A stretch of DNA of 64,000 nt, from assembly GCF_009914755.1 (NCBI RefSeq), contig NC_060930.1. The stretch is one strand, 5' to 3'. The notes under the pieces are model-generated. The model had not been told where the DNA came from. It saw nothing but the letters and a program-made list of their open reading frames with translations, and did no database searches. A program made the translations under genes and the position numbers. Below, in pieces: positions 1-14,272 of the stretch (within the stretch, counting starts at the first letter, position 1; each line of letters begins with the position of its first letter). The stretch is from the human T2T-CHM13v2.0 reference genome, Homo sapiens.

Positions 1-186
1 TATGGGTTCATTCCAGGCCAATATATTTTGACCAGAAGAATCGAGCCACAGTGTTATCATATCTTTGGAGCAAAGGCTATTAATTCTCTGGTTAGCTTGT
101 GAGCTAAGTGGACACCCAAAGAATATCTTATACACAGAGAATGGGTTAAATTATGGCACAGTCATACCATCAGAAATTACTTTGCA

Positions 187-573
<387 letters not shown>

Positions 574-581
574 CTAATATG

Positions 582-588
582 CACACAT

Positions 589-629
<41 letters not shown>
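582..629 (+). repeat. (CA)n microsatellite with CATA interruptions
   Basis: Directly visible. Confidence 0.95.
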
Positions 630-633
<4 letters not shown>

Positions 634-899
634 TAAGGATAGAAGAATGTACACTAGAAAATTTACAGTACTATCACTAGATGATAGATTATGCATAGGC
701 TTTAATTTTTTTGTTTTTTTCCACCAATTTACTTTTAAATCCCATTTAAAATTCTTTTAAATAGATTTGATAAAGGATTTCTAACACAAAATAGTGACTT
801 ACCAATAGTGAAATTTAAGACATAAATTAAGTAAATTTGGAGGTAATACCATAGGGGATATTTATGGGGTTATTTGCCTAATGCACAAAGATTTCTCTT

Positions 900-1225
900 T
901 CCCTGAATTTCAATGACACCATCTCCTGTAAACTCTGGATCCAAAGGGGTAGGCATATTCTACCATGTGGACCAGGGATGCAGGGAAACTCAATCTGCAG
1001 AGAAGAGAAATGATAATAAAACTGATGTCACAAGAGGTACAAAGACAAAACCACAGGGTCTGGACAACTCTTCAGATACGATTTAATCCCTTCCCAGATC
1101 TCTTGATATTTCTGCTCCTGGGTTCATTCCAACACTTCTTTATGTTGATAATAAATGTCTTTTTGTGTTTACATGAGCTTGATTTGATTTCTCTTTCTTG
1201 AAACCAAAGAGTTTTGACCAATACG
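900..1225 (+). mobile_element. Old MaLR/ERVL LTR 3' part (MLT1-like)
   Basis: aataaatgtctttttgtgttt...gaaaccaaagagttttgaccaatac resembles the MLT1 3' terminus; 5' boundary uncertain. Confidence 0.45.
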
Positions 1226-2734
1226 AGACCCTTCACAGTTTCTGCAAAGCAAAACTTGCAGGTGAGCACAGAGAGGTATTTCCAGTTCTAAGGAGAGTTC
1301 AGTAAGCGAAATCCTCTGATATGAGGACCAACCTTCTGGAGACTGCTATGCCCCTGAGTGCATAAGGCACAAGCCAATGAATAAAGAAAAGTCATAAAAG
1401 TAAGCTGATGATGAGAAGGAAGAGGTGAGCAAGAGGCAGATGAAAGAGGAAGTCAGTAGAGGGGAAAGGAAGCCTAGAGGATGAGAGGGCCCTAGAATCT
1501 AGAATGTCAGTAGAAATTCCTTCAAAAGGCTCTCCTGACCCTGGGTCATATTTCATTCAGATTAGCTCACTGTTCACCTTGCCTTTTATGAAGGTCAAAT
1601 TAGTTCCAAAATTAGAGAAGCCTTTACCGACTTGACCTTCATGGCCATTAGGTTGGCCAGCATACCCTCCAGTTCCTGGTTTCTGATTTCCATTAGGTAC
1701 AGCAACCTTTTGAAGGTCCAAATACTGGGTTTCTGGAGGAGATGTTATCTCCTAATTCCACTTAGTATGGACAGCTGCAGGCTGGGCACGTGGGCTCAGT
1801 TTCCTTCACTGACCACAATCCAAACCAACATCTCACTTGTCTCACAACATCTCAACAGCTCCCAAGTTCCATTTCCCAGTTATCTCTAAGGAAACTGTAT
1901 CCCAGGACTCTTCAAAAGTCAGGCAACGCTTCTGTACGGCCTTCCAGATCCCAATGTTTTACCGTCACTGTTTAAAAATCAATACCACATTAACAGATTA
2001 TTATCTATTGAATAAAATCAGAATCTGTGGGTCCACATTGATATAAATAAAAATAAAAAATAAGAGAAAAGGAAGTGGAATGCCAACTAATAAGTGTCAC
2101 AGGAATAATAAAATTAGGAAATTATCATTTGACAAATATCACGGTTATAGTGGATTGAGGGAAGAATTATCAGTGGGTGCTAAAATTGGTGAGCGAAAGT
2201 TTGATGACAAACAGGATGTTGACCTAGTTGTGAAGTATCTTGCAACAAGATTATTATTAATTACGAAGACCCAGTTGTAACTTTATAGTGGAGAAACCCG
2301 ACAGGCTGAGCTTTAACCAAATGATCAAAGTTAACCTCATCACTTACCCAGCAAATAGGTGTCCTGTGCCTCCTGACCCAGCGCATGAGGGAGTCACATC
2401 TTGTGCGGTGGCCTCCCTGCCCAAAGCACATTATCTTAATCTAATCACAGGGAAAACAGCAAACAAATCCAAATTGAGGGACATTCTACAAAAATTTCAA
2501 GTTCATGAGAGACAAAGACTATAAAATACTCCAGAACTATTCTAGTTTAGAGGAGACTAGAAAGTCAAAACAATTAAATGTAACACACAATCCTGGACTG
2601 AATCCTGAGCCAGAAAAAAAAGTATTTTATTTTGCTATAAAGTATATGATTAGGAGAATTTAAAACTTTGAACGAAGTCTATGAATTACATGATATTAAC
2701 TGAAGAATTTAGGAGTAAAAGGACATAATGCCCG

Positions 2735-3098
2735 TGTATTAGTCCATTTTCATGCTGCTGATAAAGGCATACCCGACGTTGGGTAATTTATGAAGAAAAG
2801 AGGTTTAATTGGATCACAGTTCCACATGGCTGGGGAGGTTTCACAATCATGACGAAAGGCAAGGAGGAGCAAGTCACATTCTCCATGGCAGCAGGGAAGA
2901 GAGAACTTATGCAGGGGAACTCCTTTTTATAAAACCATCGGATCTCATGAGACTCATTCACTATCATGAGGACAGCATGGAAAAGACCCACCCCCATGAT
3001 TCAATCATCTCCCACTTTGTCCCTCCCATGACGCATGGGAATTGTGGGAGCTACAATTCAGGATGAGATTTGGGTGGAGACAGAGCCAAACCATATCA
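2735..3098 (-). mobile_element. THE1 (THE1A/B-like) MaLR solo LTR
   Basis: tgtattagtccattttcatgctgctgataaag...gccaaaccatatca is the reverse complement of THE1; 364 bp; 5-bp TSD gcccg/gcctg. Confidence 0.93.
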
Positions 3099-3138
3099 GC
3101 CTGCAACTTAATCAACAGTTCAGAAAAGAAAATTACAT

Positions 3139-3174
3139 ACTGCTTCTCGGCCTTTTGGCTAAGATCAAGTGCAG
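3139..3174 (+). pseudogene. RNU2: 3'-truncated U2 snRNA retropseudogene (about U2 nt 1-36)
   Basis: gcttctcggccttttggctaagatcaagtg matches the U2 5' end; flanked by an 18-bp direct repeat cagaaaagaaaatta(c/t)at at 3121-3138 and 3172-3189. Confidence 0.93.
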
Positions 3175-5100
3175 AAAAGAAAATTATATCTCTTAGTTAT
3201 ATTATTAAAATTATATATATATGCACACACACACAGAGAGTACGGCAAAGAAAATGTGGTAAAGGCAAAATACTAACATTTGGGGATGTGGGGTAAAGTT
3301 ATTTTGGAAATATTTTGTTCTGTTGCAACTTTTTTCTAAGTCTGGAATTATTTCAAAATAATAAATAAATAAATACCACTCATTTTTCTTAGCATCAAGC
3401 AGCAGTAGCTTATTTTTCCAATAGTTGATAAACTGTCATTTTCTCCCTGCAAAGTTTTGACTTCAGCTTCTTCATGGGAGGTTCCTTCCCCAAGTCCCCT
3501 TCTTCTCTTCCAGCTGCTTGGTGTTTGTCACCGCTGGCCTTGTCTCGGGTTGTCAATGGGCCCAGGGGCCTTGCTGCTCTGTCTATGTAGACAGTCACCT
3601 GGGACGTAGCCATGGCTGGTGTGCATGGGGCTAGGCGCATCTGCGGGAAGCTGCGGGGTGGCTCAGGAAGCCAGGCTGTCTCCTTGCATCTTCCCAGCAC
3701 TTTGGTGACAAGGAGCTGCCCTGAACTGGTGGGCACAAAAAGCACTCCCTACCAGTAAGGAGCTGAGTGTGACACTGAGGGAAGGAGAGGTGATGGAGGT
3801 GAGGGGACATCTCTGCTTTCGCTCTCCTCTCCAGGAACAGCGTGCTGACCTTCAGAACTTTTTAGGGTTTTTCTCCCTAATGATTGCTATCAGGTATGTC
3901 TTCTCCAGGGTTCCCTAGCCCTTCTGAAGAATTAATCCTTCCCTGCTAGAATACTACCCCTTCACACACACACACATGTACCTGCACACACACACCACAC
4001 ACATATGCACACATACTAACGGAGACCATCTCCTTACACAAGATTTCCCTGGGCCTGTCTTGGTCTTACATTACTCAGTACTCAGAAACTGAACATCAAC
4101 AGTTAAGTGTGACATCTGGGTACAATCGCCAGTCAGGAACACTCAGCAGGGCTCCAGGTGCAAGCAGGGCAACGCTGGCTTTCCAGGACATTATAAATGC
4201 CCAGTATAAGATATCTGTGTCTGGTTCTGTCAGACACATCATAAAACCTCGGAACTTCCATGCTGATGGTAAATGTCCCTAACAGCTAGTTGCCTTTCCG
4301 TAGGGGTTTCAATAGGGCATTCATTGAAGGTAGGAAAAAATATATTATTGATGTCCCTGAAGGGAAATAAATGCTTCAGATGTGATGCCAGACTGTGTGG
4401 TCATCACGTTGCGGCACACAGTTTAACTGGGGCAGTGTTGCAGAATGGTCAGGAGCCAGCTCTCAGATACTCAGGGATTGGAGTTCAGAGGGGACCTCAA
4501 CGAAGTCACTGGCTGGAATGAGGATTGGCTTGAGATGGAATTGGCAGGGTGGTAGAGAGATGGTCACGTCTGGGAGCGCGCTCAGTCATGAGATGGAGCC
4601 TGCTGGTTGATGGGGACTTGGTCGTCTATAGTGCAGCAAGGAGGGGCTTGGAGACGCAATGCTGCCATTCTGGGTGGAGGTGGGAGGAAGATGCTAGGGG
4701 ACCAGAGATCTCACAGGTCATTTGTGAGGGTGGTTGTTTTATAGGGACCTTTGAAGAAAATGCATTTTCTTCACTGAGCTCGCCTAGAACCGTGAGTGAG
4801 TGATGAATTAGCATGGTCCTCTGCCTGGAAGATGGCTGGGAACTGGGACAAACAACCGCCTCATTGGAAACCAACTACGGTAGACGTGGATGAAGAAATG
4901 CTGTGCTTGGCAGCTGGGAAAGAATTTGGTTTCTTCTGAAGACCAACAGGGAGAAACTGACTACTGATTAAAGCTGCGTGACGTACTGCAATTGCGTTCT
5001 CAGGAGGTTGTCCAAATCTTTTCCTAATTTAGGTTTGCATGGGTTTCCCTCCTAGTCATTCATTACATAAAAGCAGTTTGTTTCAAAGACAGACTCGGCA

Positions 5101-5390
5101 GGCCGGGCACAGTGGCTCACGCCTGTAATCCCAGCACTTTGGGAGGCCGAGGCGGGCGAATCACAAGGTCAGGAGATCGAGACCAGCCTGGCCAACACAG
5201 TGAAACCCCGTCTCTACTAAAAATACAAAAAATTAGCCGGGCGTGGTGGCGGGCGCCTGCCAGCTACTCAGAAGGCTGAGGCAGGAGAATTGCTTGAATC
5301 TGGAAACCGGAGGTTGCAATGAGCCGAGATCACGCCACTGCACTGCAGCCTGGGGAACAGTGCAAGACTCCTCTCAAAAAAAAAAAAAGA
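5101..5390 (+). mobile_element. Alu (AluS), full length
   Basis: Dimeric Alu with A tail; 16-bp TSD aaagacagactc(g/a)gca at 5085-5100 and 5391-5406. Confidence 0.95.
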
Positions 5391-6552
5391 AAAGACAGAC
5401 TCAGCAAAACTGCTGGGGTCTGCACCTTTGCCCCTGAACATCATAAAATCCCATCTTGGTGCCAAAAGTGGATGATGCTTTCAGAGGCTTAGATGAAGTT
5501 TCATTTTGAAACCTCGTTTTGAAATGCCTGGGAATGATAAGCCAGCTCAGGGCAAAGTTGGGAAATACCAATGCCGCTAGCAACTAAGCCAGATTTTGTT
5601 CACAAAAGTTTAGGCCCAGAGGTCTTCCTGGTGAGCAACTTATCCCTGAAGAGAGATCAAGCATTCGCCCAAACTGCAAAATCTCAAAACAGCAGGATAC
5701 GAAGTGAATTCTGTAACTTAAGAATAATGTTTCAAAATGTTTGAGTAATTTGTCATGTATTTTTCTCATCTCACCCTCAGGATAATCTTAACAAACCTTT
5801 GCTGTCTTTCAACAAATATTTCTGAGTGCCTTGTAGAATTTGTAACTAAGCAAGGTACTTGGGACATCGTGGGAGAACAGACAGGTGTGGTCTCTGGCCT
5901 CACAAATTTAGCTTGTGCTGGAAGAAGACACTAATTATAGATGTTACTTAATTCCAAGGTAGAATGACAATTTCTTTCCTTTATTTTACCAAGGAGAAAA
6001 CTGAGGCTCACTGAGATTCAGGGATAATTCCCCATCCCCAGAACTACAAGCAAGAGCTACTGCTTTTTCCCATTATGTCTCCTATTTCTTATGATAAATA
6101 GTTTTGATTATTAGGTAACACTTCTTTGTCACACAAATGTAACTTCAGGTGAAAATCTGCTGTGCAATAATAACCAATAGGAATTTATTAAATCTAGACA
6201 ATTTCCCCTACCTATTCTATGTTTTGGCCCATTTTCATTGTACTGGTAAATTCTGATAAAATATCAGAGTTTTCATTTCCTTTACATATAGTTGCACTAA
6301 AACTTTAAGAAGGCATGACTGAATGTGACTTCTCAAATCTATTTTTCTCTACAATGTGCTACCTATGTCAAAAATATCGTTACAAAAAAATTCACAAGAT
6401 TAGATTGTTTTACTCTTTTCTGTCTACTCTGCACCTAGAACAATGCCTGGTACATAGTAGTTGCTTGATAAATGTTGAATGAATAAATGACTGGTTTTAG
6501 TTTTTTTTTTTAATTGTGCACTTTCTCTCGTGCCCTCTCTGTCACGTGTGCC

Positions 6553-6617
6553 CCCTCTCTTCCTCTCTCTCTCTCCCTCTCTTCCTCTCTCTCTCTCCCT
6601 CTCTCTCTATATATATA
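6553..6617 (+). repeat. (CT)n/(TA)n simple repeat
   Basis: Directly visible. Confidence 0.85.
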
Positions 6618-6946
6618 GCCTGTATAGCTTTACTATACAGAGTACAGATTTAGAATTTAGTATTGATCAAATTAGGTTTTAGTATTGTTTTAAAGAAATC
6701 CTATTTTCCTTCTTTCTTCACATAGAACATGAACTTAAATTACACAAACTGCCCTGCTTATTCACTTGAACTTATACAACCTATAAAACCCAATGTTGAG
6801 GTGAACATTCTTAATCTTATATAAGAAAATTTCAGTTAGCCAAGCTAATTAAGGAGAACTGGTTATCCAATAATTTCAGAAATTAATAGTACCAGAATTG
6901 TTATAATAGGATGTCTCAAAAGATCTTCCCCAAAGGGGATCGTTTA

Positions 6947-7325
<379 letters not shown>

Positions 7326-9010
7326 TCATTTTCATTAGGCTGACCACAACATTCAGAATATATAGTCAATATTATCTGTAATGACAACAGTGCGATTAGC
7401 AAACTTCTTGCTTCTACTAGAGGAAATCGAAGACATGGGCGGAAAGGCATCAACTAAACAAATAGGAAAACTGTAAGTAAAGAGCTCCAACAGGAGCTGG
7501 ACAAGATAACTGTGGGAAGAAAGTGATGAGTATATTTTGTGGACCTTTCAAGGGGTTCTGTACTTCCAAGTTGTCTCACATACTTGTGTATGAATGCTTG
7601 AGCATGTACATGGAGCTCTAAGTCATCTTCACATGGCTTTGGTCCATCCCAATGACATGCTTCTCTTGTCTAATAATGCCTTTCATGCTGTATGGTTGAT
7701 CCACTTGGAAATCCAGGAAAGTGAGAGGATCAAGGTCCTGCACATACAGTGGTTGGCCAGACCTTGGAGCATCACACTGGGATTGGTCCCCACTGCTGGA
7801 TTCCTTTTCACCATGGATGGATGGCAGCTTAAGACAGTTGGTGAAGTTGAAGCACCATGCTGTACATTTTTTCTAAATCTAAGAATTGGTTCCACTGCCA
7901 GCAGGGACTGCTTGGTGAAAGGTGACAAGAGTTATTGAAAATGACAGGCTGTATTTTGCAGAACGACCTTGTTTTCTTCTATTTATTTATTGCCCAGTAA
8001 ATGGAATGTTCATGGGAAAGAATTTTTAGGCGCCTTCGTGTTTGTCTTTGGAATATATTTTCCTACATAGGATAGCACACAGCTTCTCCATAAAGGATCG
8101 TCAACAGAGATCATTTGTTGCAATTCTGTGGTTACAAGTACGAGGAAATAGGGACAAATATGAAAAATATGAGAACTTAAGTAACTTGTTCAAGGTCATC
8201 AGATCAGTTAGTAACCAAAGCTAAATCCAAGACTCAAGATTCCCAGTGAATTGCACATGTCCCCATAAGCAAATACAGACATTTCAAACCAGATTTCTCC
8301 CACCCTCCCTCCCAAAACTCATTTTTCATGAATTTCTTTTTTTGTTCTGGGACTAATTACAAACTTAGAGTTTAGGCACTGAGCCAAACCCGACTATTAT
8401 TGCTTCAGGTTCGGTCAGGGTAAATACTTAAGGCAGAGATTTTCTGACTGTGCCCTGCGAAGCCTCCTCAAGAGCCACTGCACAGTTATAATCACATGTG
8501 AGTATGTGCTGTGGCTCATATGCACATGTGTGTGCATGTGTAATGGAGGCAAGGCTTAACATCTTGTCCCCCAACTTTGATAAGATTGCCTCTTTGTAAC
8601 CCACTTACTCTGGTAAGATTTTGTTGGAAAAACAACAAAAATGCCTATGATGTCAGACATTCCTGGAAACACACATCATCCTATCCCATCATTACTTTTC
8701 TTTGAGTCCCAGAAGAAAAAAATTCTATTTTAATTGTAAAATTATCATTTACAGTATAGAGTCCAATACTGTTGACAGTTTTGTCACTTTGGGCTTTCTG
8801 GTTTTCATGCTCCATTCATTATTTATTGGCTGGTTTTTATTTGTTGGCTTGCTTTCTGTTTAATTACCAACATGACTAGCAGACATTTTATATGTAGTAT
8901 CATTTTTTTTCATATGCATACTTGAAAGTCAAAACTTTGCAATAGAACAATATGCTGATGCACCAAATTGATCAGTATGGGCCACAAGCTTGGATCTTTC
9001 CAAAAGAATA

Positions 9011-9413
9011 CAGATGCTCCTTGACTTATGATGGGTTACATCCCAATAAACCCATTGCTTCATAAGTTGAAAATGCATTTAATATACCCAACCTACTGAT
9101 CATCACTGCTTAGCCTAGCCTCCCTTAAGCATGCTCAAACACTTACATTAGCCTACAGTTGGGCAAAATCATCTGGCAGCACAGTACACTGTAGAGTATC
9201 AGGTGTGTCACCTCGTGTTCACAGGGCTGACTGGGCAATGTGCTCACTACCACTGCCCAGTATTTTGAGATAGTGTCATACCACATATTGCTATCCAAAG
9301 AAAAGATCAAAAACCAAAATTCAAAAATCAGTTTATACTGAAGGATTATTGCCTTCACACCATTGTGAAGTCAAAAAACCAAAGCCGAACCATCGTAAGT
9401 TGGGGGTCATCTG
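9011..9413 (+). mobile_element. Tigger-family MITE (MER47B-like)
   Basis: TIRs cagatgctccttgacttatga / cgtaagttgggggtcatctg; TA at 5' side; internal gcttagcctagcc...cattagcctacagttgggcaaaatcatct. Confidence 0.85.
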
Positions 9414-11946
9414 CACAACTGATAAAGGCACATCAGAATATTACTTTTGATAATAAATGTACAAACTGTAGTATCCCCATGCCTAGTATGTAGACCTGAA
9501 ATACTGTGGGGGGGATCCCCTCTCCTCCCTTCCACACCCACAATGCAGGTTTTGGCCTGAAAGCAGGACATTTGGTGGAATAGAAAACGTAGAAAGTGTT
9601 AAACTTCAGACTTAGCTGCAAATTCAGATGGAAATTATTTGGTAGCTGTGGCTTACTCACAAGTAAATAATATACCTGAAGGTATCTGAAAATTATCTTT
9701 CTTTCATGAGCATACAGTTTTGCTGGCTTTGCCTCAAGGCAAATAACCACGGGAGAGTTAATACAGAAAGTTCTTATTAGAAATTCCTTATAACCAGGGT
9801 AGACTAATTAGCTCTTCCTAAGAGTTCATTTTGAGGTTGGAGAAAGCATGAAAGCAGTGGAAACTGGCATGGGAGATGGAATGTCACTGAGGGGGCACAA
9901 ACAGAATCACATGGTGGTATGCAAGGGAAAGATGCTGAAGACCAGCTCTATCTGTGTTATAAACTAAAAAGAAGTAGGGGGAGCTAAAATTTGGAATCTA
10001 AAGCCATTATTTTTCTGACTTATCCAGTGCAAATAACCCAATACAGACATATAATATATGCTACAGGTTTTTAAAGGCAAAATTGTCTTACTCCTTTCTG
10101 CATATCCAACACCTAATATAGAACCTGACACACTGTAATTCCTCCTTAAATGTTTATTGTTTTTAGTAAATAAGTGAGTATTTAACACACATGTGTATAT
10201 GTGTTTCTCTACCAGAGAAAATAATTTGTTTCTTAGATTGATGTATTCCATGGTAGTACATAGGAAATTAGATGCCCTTTTCATCTAATATGCATGCAAT
10301 TGACCATTCTGAACTAAGAAATTGGACTTCTTTGAATTCTGATGCTCTCAGACAAAAATAGAGATAAATGTTTAACCATCCTTCTCTGTGCCCTCATGGA
10401 ACTGTGTGGTCTCCCTGGGCTGGCTCATTTAACATTGAATGTATAAGTTAGAGTTCTCATCTCTCGGTAACAGAAGACACTAGAGTTAGTACAAAAAAAT
10501 TCTTCCTCACCTGTAATGTAAAGCAAACAAAAATATGCAAGAATATTTTGAGATATCAGGTCTATAAAACCTTTGACATATGCATACTAATTTTGTGATG
10601 AATCTGTCATGTTTTTATAACTATGAGCTTATAAAGTTTTCTCAGAAACTGTTTAAGACAGCAACAAAAACCACACACACATTTTGCTGTTTTTTAAAAA
10701 ATAGATCTGTATTTCCTAAGCCATGGAGCTTCCATTCACAGAAAGAGCTAAGTCAGGAGAGAAAAAGCCACAGAAGGAGATTATATCAGCCAAATGAACC
10801 AAATCAGAAAAAGAGAATACTATTTGCAATTTAACCAGCCAAGTTAAACATGACGTGATTAGAGCCAGTCTTTGGGGACCAAGTTAGTAGTAATTGTGCC
10901 TTGTTTAACTTGGCCAATTAAAGGCCAAACTTTCCTAAATTGGCTATTTTCAAAGCAATCACACCTTTGCACTTGGAACTTTTTTCAGATTGCCATTTTT
11001 AATTTAGGTATTTGACTAGTTAATGGATATATGTGTACATGGGCCCGTGCCTAAATATTTGCACATAATACAAAATTAATACACATTTGTATTGGGCAGA
11101 ATAATTGGCTTCTGATTAATATGCTGTTTAATAAGATCAGGGTCATATGCATTTTTTCCTGTTCAATAACTTACAACATCTGGAGAAAGTATTGAAGCTA
11201 AGGGAAGAATTATTAGCTAAGTTAAGGGAAGAGTCCTAGAAAGTAACTATTATAACTATAATAGGAAAAAATAACCTAAGCAACTAGGGCTTTGATAGCA
11301 AAAGTACGCAAGAAGACTACATGTTAGTTTTTCTACCAACCCTGAGTACATCCTCATTTACTCATCACCATAGTCAGCTGATATTTATTGAATGCTCATT
11401 CTGCGCAGAGAACTGCTCTTGACTAGGCCCTGGATGACTCCAGCCAAAGCTCCGGAAATTATCCCTGTCTCAAGAAGTATCTACTCCAAGAAGAAAACAA
11501 GAAGAGACCCAAATTGTGTGAGACATAAATACAAGGTACAGAAAGCTGGAATCAGTTACCCAACTTTCCTTAGTGGGATAAAAGTATATAAATAAGTACT
11601 AAGACTTAGGACACAGAAGAACAGAAACGAGATGGGCATGGCTCTGTAAATGAAGCCTGATGGAGGTAGCCAAAAAAGGTTTTCTGGGGAAGCTTAGTAA
11701 TCACTGGAAAAAAAGGGTAGGAGACCTCACAACTAAAGGAAATGACAGAACGGTAGCTTTGTAGAAGAAAAGCAATATGCGCTTTTCGCAATGCCACCAG
11801 GAAATAGGGGCAGATGTATTTTTACAGGAAATGTGGATTCATATATACAGGCTAGAGTAGACTTCAAGATCTAAGAACATTTTCTGCCTAACAGAATGAG
11901 CAGTTGCTTAAGTATTTCAACACCATGTTGTATGCATTATGGTTAA

Positions 11947-12289
<343 letters not shown>

Positions 12290-13745
12290 GTGATTAGCTT
12301 TTCTACACATACATTCCATTCTTTCTCTGTGGAGATAGAAATCTTAACACTGTCACCTGCTTTGATCAAAAGAGGCACTTGCTTACAAAGGGAGGTAACC
12401 TGAGTGCATGGTAAAGGTATAGCAGAAGTAAAATTGCATTAAAACTCCTAATCTGAGGCAACATGGTGGGGATTGGTGCAAACTAAAAGGAGCACTCTAT
12501 CCCATCTGCTTTCAGAAAAAGCTCAGAGCTCTCCCATTCCTTTGAAAACAGAGATATCCCCTTTTCTTTGAGTGGAGGAAAAATCTTCATTCCCAAAAGG
12601 AGGTGTTGCTGTCATTGGTCACATTTTGTGATATTTCATTGGCCAATGTAGGAGTGAGTGTCATGGATGAAGGCACTGTACATTAAAAGATAGGCTTGTC
12701 CCTGTTTTGGCACTTCCTTACCTCTCTTACTAACAATTCTAGATGTTTTTTCTTTCCCCATGGAATGGGAACCTGGCTGGCCTAAGAAAGCTTGGGGCGG
12801 AAAATTTAGGTCAGCTTCATTCTAGCATTGGGCCAGAGCTCTCATTCTCTGGCTCTCTCTGGAAGTTTGGATTGGCTTTTGGTCTCTCCAGGGTGATAAA
12901 GTTGAAAGCTTAGGTTTGGGGGAAGAAACAAATGACACCAGGACTCTCTGCTTTGATTCTAGGCAGAGCTCACTCAGGCAGGACCTGGCCCAGCTCAGGT
13001 AGGTGCATTGTGTTTTAGGGGCTGAAGTCTCAGCTAAAAACAAACTGTTGCTTGGCTTTGCATGTTATTTCTCCATGCATATATTGCTTCTGGGGGTCTT
13101 GTGGGGAGGTAAGACTACTTGAGGACAGAATGTGCACATTCTAAAAATTTCTGGCCCAAATACCGTCAAAACACCCAAGTGAATAATCATCTTTTCATGT
13201 CACTCCAATCTATAATTTCTAACAAGCATAGATTCTAACATTGCTTCCTCTACTATTTGCTGTGCAACCTTGAGCAAATTGTTTTTTTCCAAAAGATTTT
13301 ATTTTCAATGATAAAGCTAGGAGATTGGCCAAAAATAATGTTGGCCTGATACTAATAGATATGTTATTTAGTCAACATTTATTTTAACAGACATGTATTA
13401 AGTCCTGACTATGTGCAAGGTACTGTGGAGAGTGTTGGGGTCACCAAAACAAACAAATCATGGCTTCTGCTTTCAGTCTAGGGAGAGGCAGGTCCACAAA
13501 ATATGGTGCCTAAACACAACCATAAGCAAATTGACCCAATGGACCCGTGTCTCGTTATAGGGAACATTCAACAAGAGGTGGCTGAGTGAAGGGGGTCATG
13601 AGTTGGTAGAAAAGAGACCCTCTAAAAGAGAATTAGCTTTGTGACTAGTAAGAAAAAAAAATAGAGAAAGACAAGGATACCCATGGAGGAAAATGGTGTC
13701 CAATAAACTCTTTGTATTCCATGAAGAATATGTGCATATGAAGCA

Positions 13746-14272
13746 TGTCCTTTTATTCTCGTGCTTTGGTATCTTGGGGCCTTGCCTGTCCTGAAGAGAT
13801 TGCCCCTTCCAGGGCTAGCCAGCTCCTGGAGAGAGTAAAGGACTTGTCTGTATGTAAGTGCACCTTTCAAATGCAAACCAACCAATCCAGAGCCCATTCT
13901 CCCTATATTGGTCTATTACACTCAGGGCCACCTTCCACCTAGCCTGATCACCCCAAGACCAGCCACCAGACAACTAGGGAGAGCCCCTGTGTGCCAGAGC
14001 CCACTGGAATTATTCACACTAGCCAATCCTAATCCTGCTTACAATGCCTCCCACAAAACCATAGTCAAAGCTGTGATTTGTCACATTTCCCCTCACTCCC
14101 TCCTCCCCCTGACCCACCTGGTGCTTCTCTGGGTGCCCTCCTCTCCCACGGCATGGTGTTCCTCTCCTCTCAGGCTCTGACTGTAAAACAAACTATCTTT
14201 TCAATGACAGTTGTCTCATGATCAGTTGGCCTCACCATACGTGAATGATAATAAAACCTGCATCTTAAAACA
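13746..14272 (+). mobile_element. ERVL solo LTR (MER74-like)
   Basis: atcttggggccttgc...ccagggctagcca...tgcaaaccaaccaatccagagccc...cagacaactaggga...aataaaacctgcatcttaaaaca. Confidence 0.75.

Larger units (their letters stand above)
1960..3370 (+). mobile_element. L1MC/L1MD-like 3' region hosting THE1 and U2 insertions
   Basis: Motifs ttaaccaaatgatcaaagttaac, aaatccaaattgagggacattctacaaaa, atcctggactgaatcctg, gcaactttttctaagtctggaattatttcaaaata plus A-rich end. Confidence 0.75.

Noticed and set aside
12440-12660. Three ATTGG/CCAAT boxes including the palindrome cattggccaatg
   Set aside because: No TATA/Inr or CpG context; motifs this short are expected by chance or come from a decayed LTR
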